From NCBI GenBank assembly GCA_965226495.1, contig OZ245365.1:1472001-1536000 (forward strand): DNA of 64,000 nucleotides, read 5' to 3'. The stretch is from Candidatus Marinacidobacterales bacterium. Lineage in GTDB: Bacteria > Acidobacteriota > Vicinamibacteria > Marinacidobacterales > DATDRI01. Under the pieces are notes generated by a model, which did not search any database, had not been told where the DNA came from, and was given only the letters and a program-made list of their open reading frames with translations. Position numbers and translations under genes: made by a program. Below, one piece after another: positions 57,733 through 64,000 of the stretch (positions are counted from its first letter, which is position 1; each line of letters opens with the position of its first letter).

Positions 57733-58923
57733 TCAGGAAGACTTGGGTGACGTCGGCTCACTTTCAGTTGAGTCGCCGCTCAGCTCGGGGGTCAATTCCG
57801 GGGTTGGCTCTGGTGTTATGTTTTCCGTCGGTTCTTTCTCTGCAGGCTCTGCAGGCTCTGCAGGCGGTCCGGGCGATTCGTCACTTGTTGGTTCACCAAC
57901 TGGTGGCGTCGATAGGTCCGTCGCGGAAGGCTCTGGAGAATTGGGAGCCGTCTCGACTTCGGGGGTCTGCGGCGCGTCCTCACCATCTTCAGTGACGTCA
58001 AGAGTAGGCGTATCGGGAGTAGCGGGCCCCGCAATTTCATCTGCGGCTTGATGTGCCGCAGGCTGTTCTTCTTCTGGTTTTGGCTCTGGTACTGGCTCCG
58101 TCGCCACATCTCCCACTGCATCTTGATTTGTTTGTTCGACTGGGAGTGTTAAAACAGGCGTCTCAATAATAACGGGGGCAACGGGGGTGCCGGGAGTAAT
58201 GGCAGCGTTCTCGATCGGCGCCGGCATTACCGGAGTTCCGCCTTCGTCCTCGCTCACTCCTGCCGCGGCGGTCGAGGAAGCTTCCTCCTCTTCTTCCTTC
58301 GCGTTCAAAGCCGCGTCTTCGGCTGCCTTTTGCGCCTTGACCTGGCGCCTTCTCTCCTTCGCCTCTTCCCGTTCCTTGCGGCGATGGGTGTTCATCGCCT
58401 CTTGTAGGATTCGGGTGATAAGAGCCTGTGCCTCGGCCCGCGTGCAGTCCTTGGAAAGCGCAACCTCCGCGGCCAGCCAGCTACGGATCTTTCGGCGACT
58501 CTGCTCGTCTTCTCGACTCAGCCCAGTTGTTTGCCTAAGGAGATGAAGTCGTTTCAATCCTTTCGCCAAGGCGCGTGGGGACCCCTCACTCACGAGATTT
58601 TCGATCAGGCCCTCCAGCTCTTTTTCCTCCTCCAGAGGCTGCTCGAACTCGGCAGCGAGCTCGGCTTCAATCTCTTCGAGTTTCCTGCCGGCGGGCCGGA
58701 GTCCAAGCTTAGGTACACGCTCCGTAGGGATAAGAATCCGGCTGCCCTCCTCGAGGTCCTCCAGTTCGACGAGCCTCTTCCCAGGGGCGGCCCGGTCCTC
58801 GGTGAGTCCCCGATAGACGCAATGTCCGACTTTTGGATAAAAAACAGGCTCGCCCGGTTCAGGAAGCCCGGCAAGGGTGGGATCACCTTGATCCACGAGC
58901 ACCTCCTTTTCGCCCATAAACAT
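57733..58923 (-). CDS. CarD/CdnL-like protein with long acidic Pro/Glu-rich tail
   Basis: GEPVFYPKVGHC..RILIP..LGLRP (CarD/TRCF RID), RSWLAAEVALS helix, then about 190 aa low complexity. Confidence 0.75.
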   Translation of the reverse strand: MFMGEKEVLVDQGDPTLAGLPEPGEPVFYPKVGHCVYRGLTEDRAAPGKRLVELEDLEEGSRILIPTERVPKLGLRPAGRKLEEIEAELAAEFEQPLEEEKELEGLIENLVSEGSPRALAKGLKRLHLLRQTTGLSREDEQSRRKIRSWLAAEVALSKDCTRAEAQALITRILQEAMNTHRRKEREEAKERRRQVKAQKAAEDAALNAKEEEEEASSTAAAGVSEDEGGTPVMPAPIENAAITPGTPVAPVIIETPVLTLPVEQTNQDAVGDVATEPVPEPKPEEEQPAAHQAADEIAGPATPDTPTLDVTEDGEDAPQTPEVETAPNSPEPSATDLSTPPVGEPTSDESPGPPAEPAEPAEKEPTENITPEPTPELTPELSGDSTESEPTSPKSS

Positions 58924-58957
58924 ATCACGTCTACTCCGTTCTGGAACTAAAAGGGCG

Positions 58958-59320
58958 CTAAAAGCGGCAGTAGCGTCCTGGGACGGACTCGAGTTCGTGG
59001 CAAGAAGCGGTGCCGATTTCGGGTAGCGAGGACGCTTCTCCGAGATGTTGGCAGGACGGAGGTACTTCCAAATCGACAGCTCCGAGAGTTCGCCGGACTA
59101 GACAGCGTAGGGAGTTGCTCGGGTAGTCCTCCGTCCAAACCGCGGGTCTAAGCGAGGGGCCCGACTTGGTGCTTCCAAGGTAGTGCGGCCGAATGGCCGG
59201 GTGGTGCGGGGCCTCGAGGTTCGCCGAGGGTGAGACGGAGGCTAGGGAAGGGAAGAGCCGGTGGGTGAAATGGACGACGGCCCCGATTCCCAGGGCGAGA
59301 ACGAAGATGGTGTTTCGCAT
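58958..59320 (-). CDS. Hypothetical protein with hydrophobic N-terminus
   Basis: SD GAGGAGG, long leader with upstream TTGACA; no recognised domain. Confidence 0.4.
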   Translation of the reverse strand: MRNTIFVLALGIGAVVHFTHRLFPSLASVSPSANLEAPHHPAIRPHYLGSTKSGPSLRPAVWTEDYPSNSLRCLVRRTLGAVDLEVPPSCQHLGEASSLPEIGTASCHELESVPGRYCRF

Positions 59321-59699
59321 GACTGCCTCCTCATAAAAGTGATGGCCAGGCCATCGAAGGCACCGCCGGCAGGGGGACCGGCAGGAACCCCCGAAAGCAG
59401 GGAGACAGACAAGCTCCAGGAAAGGAGTTCCGAGGCCAAGGGTTGGGGAGCGGGCCCCGAAAACGGCAATTAAAGCCCCGCCACCTTCCTGCTGAGCTTA
59501 TCGAGCTTGGCGGAGGGCGGTGGAGACCATGAAAACTAAAATGCCGACGCGACTTCCCTCAGACTTTTCTCCCTGCTGAAAGGCGCCGTCCTGTTTGGGG
59601 GGAGGATTGAGCGCTGGGCCACTCTATTTCCTCCGGCTTGGGCGTGTCAAGCCTGGCATCCGGTAAAGGGTCGAGGCGGACCGAGTCGATTCTCGGCGC

Positions 59700-60527
59700 T
59701 TAATTGGCCATCCCGATCTGCAGTCGCAACCGATCGATGATCCCTTCTACCCGTTCCCGATCCGGGGCATCCGGTTTTAGCTTCAGGTATCTGGCAAGCT
59801 CCCCAACCCCTTCGAGAGGACGGCCGACGCCGGAAAGGAGAATGCCTCTATCACGGACTTCGGACGGCGAGTCGGGGACGAGCAACAGCATTCGTTCGAC
59901 GGCCGCCAGGGCTCTAGCATGTTCGCGGCGATTCACATAGATCCCCTTCAGGTTATTGAGTATTCGGAATAGCATCAGACGGGGTGTGGTGCTCTGCAGC
60001 TGCCTGGGGTGGAACTCCAATTTGTCTTTGAAGTTCTGCTTCAGCCGTTCCCGACAATCGTCGTGAGTCAGGATCTTGCCACGATAAAAAACGTCGATCA
60101 GGATCTCTCCTTCTTCCGTCACGTGTTTCAACAAAAAGTGGCCGGGAAATCCGATCCCTTGTAGCTCGAAGCCGACTCGTCTCGCCACCTCTCCGTAGAC
60201 CGCGGACAAGGTAATAGGAATCCCGATTCGTCGGTCGATCACCTCATTGAGATAACTGTTGCGCGGGTCGTAGTACTCCTTGTCATCGCCGCGGAACCCC
60301 TCTTCGTCGAACAATACTTGGTTGAGCCTGGCCACGGTTTCATGCGGTCCGGCGTCTGCATAGAGACGCTGGCGAACCTGCTCCGCCATGTCATCGAGCT
60401 TCCCAAGGTAGTCGTCCACCATCAGATCCGGGTACTCCTCGGCGGCGATGAGCAAGGCAGTCCGATCGATCTCGATCGCCTTGTCACCGCCCGAAACGAT
60501 GCGTGCGAAGGCGCCCCGAGCACTCAT
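59700..60527 (-). CDS. SirB1 / transglutaminase-like protein with TPR
   Basis: YYDPRNSYLNEV..RRIGIPITL, GFPGHFL, RILNNLK, RDRG. Confidence 0.9.
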   Translation of the reverse strand: MSARGAFARIVSGGDKAIEIDRTALLIAAEEYPDLMVDDYLGKLDDMAEQVRQRLYADAGPHETVARLNQVLFDEEGFRGDDKEYYDPRNSYLNEVIDRRIGIPITLSAVYGEVARRVGFELQGIGFPGHFLLKHVTEEGEILIDVFYRGKILTHDDCRERLKQNFKDKLEFHPRQLQSTTPRLMLFRILNNLKGIYVNRREHARALAAVERMLLLVPDSPSEVRDRGILLSGVGRPLEGVGELARYLKLKPDAPDRERVEGIIDRLRLQIGMAN

Positions 60528-60580
60528 CGCCGACGAATCTCCGCGGCCGGAGCGCCGGTTTTTGACATAATGAGACTACG

Positions 60581-61399
60581 ATGAAGACGGCCGCGGGGAA
60601 GCGCGCGCTGCTGATGGCGGTTCTCGCGATCCTCGGCCTGCAGGTGGCTCCATTGATCTTCGAAGAAAAGCTCATTTACTTTCCGTATCGCGCGCACGAG
60701 ATGACGCCCGCCGACCTCGGGCTCGCGTTCGAAGAGGTTACGCTTCAAACCGGGGACGGTGTGCGACTGCACGGTTGGTTCTTGCCGGTTCGGGATGCGC
60801 GCCGCACGGTGCTGGTCTGTCATGGGAACGCCGGCAACATTTCGCATCGGCTCGATCGAGTGCTTCTCTTGCAGGCCAAACTTGGACTGAGCGTCTTTCT
60901 TTTCGACTATCGCGGATACGGGAAGAGTGAGGGCAGCCCCAACGAAGAAGGTACCTACTCGGACGGCCGGGCCGCGTACCAATACCTGGCCGACCGTGGG
61001 CTGGCTCCCGACCAGATCGTTCTTTTTGGTGAGTCGCTGGGTGCGGCGATCGCGGTCCAGTTGGCCCTCGAAAGACCGGCCGCGGCCCTGGTCTTGGAGG
61101 CCCCTTTTTCTTCGATCCGCGACATGGCCGCGGCAGCCTATCCTTTTCTTCCCCTCGGCCGGCTCGTACGCACGCGATACGACAATCTGGCCAAGATCCC
61201 GTCCATCGAGGTTCCGCTCCTTATCTTGCATGGGACGCGCGATCGCATAGTACCCTTCGCCCAGGGAGAGAGCCTCTTTAGGGCGGCCCCAGAACCCAAG
61301 CGCTTCTGGGCGATTGCCGGCGCCGATCACAACGACACTTTTCTGGCTGGTGGCGAAGACTATTGGCTGGCCTGGGAAGATTTCTTGAGCTCCTTGTAG
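60581..61399 (+). CDS. Alpha/beta hydrolase (ABHD17/Bem46-like)
   Basis: HGNAGN, DYRGYG, GESLG, HGTRD, ADHND. Confidence 0.9.
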   Translation: MKTAAGKRALLMAVLAILGLQVAPLIFEEKLIYFPYRAHEMTPADLGLAFEEVTLQTGDGVRLHGWFLPVRDARRTVLVCHGNAGNISHRLDRVLLLQAKLGLSVFLFDYRGYGKSEGSPNEEGTYSDGRAAYQYLADRGLAPDQIVLFGESLGAAIAVQLALERPAAALVLEAPFSSIRDMAAAAYPFLPLGRLVRTRYDNLAKIPSIEVPLLILHGTRDRIVPFAQGESLFRAAPEPKRFWAIAGADHNDTFLAGGEDYWLAWEDFLSSL

Positions 61400-61435
61400 C
61401 ATCACTCGCGGCATCGCCTGATTCGGGGGACCTCA

Positions 61436-62620
61436 TCACGACGCTTGCAGCGCTTGAGCGGCAGTGGGGAAACTGAAGCGGGTCTCCTCGGCCTCTCGCA
61501 CCGCGGTTTGGACCAGTTCCTCTGCGTCCAACTTTTGCTCGGCTGCAATCACCTCATCCAGTCGACTCCGTGTCGCAGGATGAGCAGGAATGAAGAGCTG
61601 GCAACAATCCTGCTCCGGAAGGATGGAGATCTCGTAGGTGCCGACCCCTCTCGCCTGGGTCGTGATCTCGGCCTTGTCCATTCCGATTAGGGGGCGTAGT
61701 ATCGGCAGACCCGCGGCCTCTTCGATGACGGCCAAGTTCTCCAGGGTTTGCGACGCGACCTGGCCGAGGCTTTCGCCTGTGACCAGGGAGCGAGCACGTC
61801 GATGTTTCGCTAGCGTGGTCGCGATCCTCATCATAAACCGGCGGTAGAGCACGACTCGCAACGGAGCGGGGGCAGCGAGCATGATCTGGCGCTGCAGGTT
61901 CCCGAAGGCGACGAGGTAAAGTCGCGACCGGTACTGATAGCGTGTCAGAACATCGAGAATCTCATTCACTTTTTGCTGCGAGGCTCTCGAAAGGAAAGGC
62001 ACGCTGTGGAAGTGAATGAAATCCACCTCGCAGCCTCTTTTCATCATTCGGTAGGCCGCCACCGGCGAGTCGATGCCGCCGGACAGGAGTGCGGAAACCC
62101 GACCTGCCGTTCCAACTGGAACGCCTTGCAGCCCCACGATTTTTTCGACATGGAACAGCGCTTCGCGGGAAAGGATCTCGATGTAGACCGTCAGCTCGGG
62201 TGACTTCAAGTCGACCCGCGCCCCGCTAGCCTCCTTGACCCGAGCGCCGACTACCCGATCGATTTCCATAGAGTTGAGGCTGAAGCCCTTGTACGCCCGG
62301 CGAGCCGTAATGCGGAACGACTCGAAACTCTTGTTGGCAAGCGCCTCTACTACTTGGTTGGCGAGGGTCTCTATGTCGAGCTCCACTCGATGGGTGGGCG
62401 AGAAGTTGGCGATCCCTACCACTTGGGCAAGCCGTTCTTTGAGGCGGGGCCAAGCCGTCTCGTCGGTGAGCTCGACCATCAACCGGCCTGGAAGGGCCAC
62501 CACTCGCTTCAAAGGCAAGTCCGCGCCCGCTTTTTCGATGTTGCGCACGAGCCGGTTGATGAAGAACGGTCGATTCCTACCTTTCAACGCAATCTCGTGG
62601 TAGTGGACGACCGCGAACAT
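61436..62620 (-). CDS. thiI: tRNA 4-thiouridine synthase (no rhodanese domain)
   Basis: EIALKGRNR, THUMP domain, LSGGIDSPVA, GESLGQVASQT, DCC. Confidence 0.93.
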   Translation of the reverse strand: MFAVVHYHEIALKGRNRPFFINRLVRNIEKAGADLPLKRVVALPGRLMVELTDETAWPRLKERLAQVVGIANFSPTHRVELDIETLANQVVEALANKSFESFRITARRAYKGFSLNSMEIDRVVGARVKEASGARVDLKSPELTVYIEILSREALFHVEKIVGLQGVPVGTAGRVSALLSGGIDSPVAAYRMMKRGCEVDFIHFHSVPFLSRASQQKVNEILDVLTRYQYRSRLYLVAFGNLQRQIMLAAPAPLRVVLYRRFMMRIATTLAKHRRARSLVTGESLGQVASQTLENLAVIEEAAGLPILRPLIGMDKAEITTQARGVGTYEISILPEQDCCQLFIPAHPATRSRLDEVIAAEQKLDAEELVQTAVREAEETRFSFPTAAQALQAS

Positions 62621-62634
62621 CGAGTTACCGCTTT

Positions 62635-63174
62635 CTACCACGGCTTCTCCTCCATGCCGCGATCTTGGTTCTCGAAACGAGCCAAGACGAACAGGAGATC
62701 GGAGAGCCGGTTGAGATAGGGAATCACCGACTCTGCGACGGGCTCCGAGGACGCCAACGACACGACTTTACGCTCGGCGCGCCGGCAAACGGAACGTGCC
62801 TGGTGGAGGAGCGATCCACCCGGGCTGCCTCCGGGAAGGATGAACTGCGTGAGGTCCGGAAGTCGAGAATCGAATCTATCGATAGCGTCTTCCATTCGCC
62901 GCACGTCCTCGGAACCAAGGGAAATCTTGTCGTTCCTCTTTCCGGCTCCGGTCGGATTCGCGAGCAACGCTCCGACCGAGAAGAGATCCCGTTGGATTTG
63001 TTCCAACACCGGGCCGATCTCCGTATTGGATACGTTCGCCGCTACGGTTCCCAGGGAAGCGTTCAACTCGTCCACCTCCCCGTAGGCGTCGACTCGTAGA
63101 TTGCTCTTGGAGACTCGCACGCCTCCGAGCAAACCCGTGTCTCCGGCGTCCCCAGTCCTCGTGTAGATCTTCAT
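62635..63174 (-). CDS. PduO-type cob(I)alamin adenosyltransferase
   Basis: KIYTRTGDAGDT, YGEVDELN, FILPGG, RRAER, LNRLSD. Confidence 0.93.
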   Translation of the reverse strand: MKIYTRTGDAGDTGLLGGVRVSKSNLRVDAYGEVDELNASLGTVAANVSNTEIGPVLEQIQRDLFSVGALLANPTGAGKRNDKISLGSEDVRRMEDAIDRFDSRLPDLTQFILPGGSPGGSLLHQARSVCRRAERKVVSLASSEPVAESVIPYLNRLSDLLFVLARFENQDRGMEEKPW

Positions 63175-64000
63175 GGCGAGGCGATAAAAGGAAGCTCGGT
63201 CACTTGAGCGTTGAAGACTTGATCTGCGCGATGGATGCGGACCGGTGTTCCGGGAGCGAAACTATCGCGATGGACGTAGCCGAGGGCGATTGGATGCCCC
63301 AAACTGGCGGAAAATGCCGCGCTCGTCACCTGTCCGATTTGTCTATTTTGCCCAACGTTGTCTTCTGATCCAGAGATTCCGTCACCCGGCCGAGGGACGC
63401 GTGAATCGGTCACCTGGAAGCCGACGAGCTTCCGATTCAAGTGGCCGCGATGGGCGAGCCGCACCACGTACTCCTGGCCGAGGTAACAACCCTTGGTGAA
63501 ACTGATAGCCTCGTCCAAGCCGGCCTCGATAGGGAAGTGCGACGGGTCCATGTCCACGCCGAACAGTGGAATTCCGGATTCGATTCGACGGATCTCCATC
63601 GTTTGCCACCCTGCGGGTCGAAGACCGAGCGGCTCGCCAGCGGCAAGCAGCTTCTCTAGCAGCCCAGCGGCATCCTTTGGTGGTAGTGCGATGTCGAAAC
63701 TCTGGCCCGGACCGTGCGGTGTTGCGCTGACCCGGGCCTTCCGTCCCGCGAGGGTCGTCTGAATGAAGTGGAACGCTGCCAACTCGCTCCACCCATCGTC
63801 GGATACGCGTGAGAGTAGCTCTGACGAGCGAGGCCCTTGGACCGAAAAGAGAGCCTCCTCGTCGCTGCTATCCTTCAAGTCGACGTCCTCGGAGATGATG
63901 TAGTGGGAGAGGGCTTCGGTTACCGGAGTGAGAGCCTGGGGCTCCATTTCCAGCAAGGTGGCATCGTCGAGTTGGTAAACGAACAAGTCCGACACTATTT
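63171..64000 (-). CDS. ygfZ: YgfZ/GcvT-family folate-binding protein (5' end outside window)
   Basis: RIESGIP, KGCYLGQE signature. Confidence 0.85.
   Translation of the reverse strand, partial: IVSDLFVYQLDDATLLEMEPQALTPVTEALSHYIISEDVDLKDSSDEEALFSVQGPRSSELLSRVSDDGWSELAAFHFIQTTLAGRKARVSATPHGPGQSFDIALPPKDAAGLLEKLLAAGEPLGLRPAGWQTMEIRRIESGIPLFGVDMDPSHFPIEAGLDEAISFTKGCYLGQEYVVRLAHRGHLNRKLVGFQVTDSRVPRPGDGISGSEDNVGQNRQIGQVTSAAFSASLGHPIALGYVHRDSFAPGTPVRIHRADQVFNAQVTELPFIASP

Noticed and set aside
57322-58051. ORFs 57322-57609 and 57467-58051
   Set aside because: No recognisable domain; the second is largely antisense to the CarD-like tail
58997-59020. Sigma54-like site upstream of the CarD-like gene
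   Set aside because: GG to GC spacing is 11, not 10

Overview
About 60% GC bacterial chromosomal segment; the gene repertoire suggests an Acidobacteriota (Vicinamibacteria-like) organism, which is an inference only. No rRNA, tRNA, CRISPR array or intact transposase/integrase was recognised. Left part (1-16.5 kb): two decayed genes, a GGDEF protein with an exact 318-bp in-frame PilZ duplication, MPG phosphatase, Na+-coupled amino-acid transporters, a membrane pyrophosphatase, ATP-dependent DNA ligase, and a head-to-head pair of Elp3 (radical SAM/KAT) with a methyltransferase carrying Trm9/ALKBH8-type motifs. Middle (16.6-28.7 kb): an accessory block bounded by an AbiE type IV TA module (toxin frameshifted by a 31-bp copied insertion) and a VapBC module; it encodes an alkaline phosphatase, an arylsulfatase, several periplasmic/outer-membrane DUF proteins and a probable group II intron 5' remnant. 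Next come Lhr helicase, a TetR unit, a small Tudor-like plus histone-H1-like protein, and a beta-barrel / sat-cysC / cysQ / AMIN-OPX cluster suggesting sulfated polysaccharide export, with a putative small RNA between sat-cysC and cysQ. Right part is mostly housekeeping: bactofilin, TrkA-USP, nadK, tlyA, ispA, xseBA, ymdB, lon, hsp20, FHA-GAF-PP2C, CarD-like, SirB1, thiI, pduO, ygfZ. Top candidate for an undescribed system: the bacterial Elp3 + Trm9-like pair (possible eukaryote/archaea-style mcm5U34 tRNA pathway).
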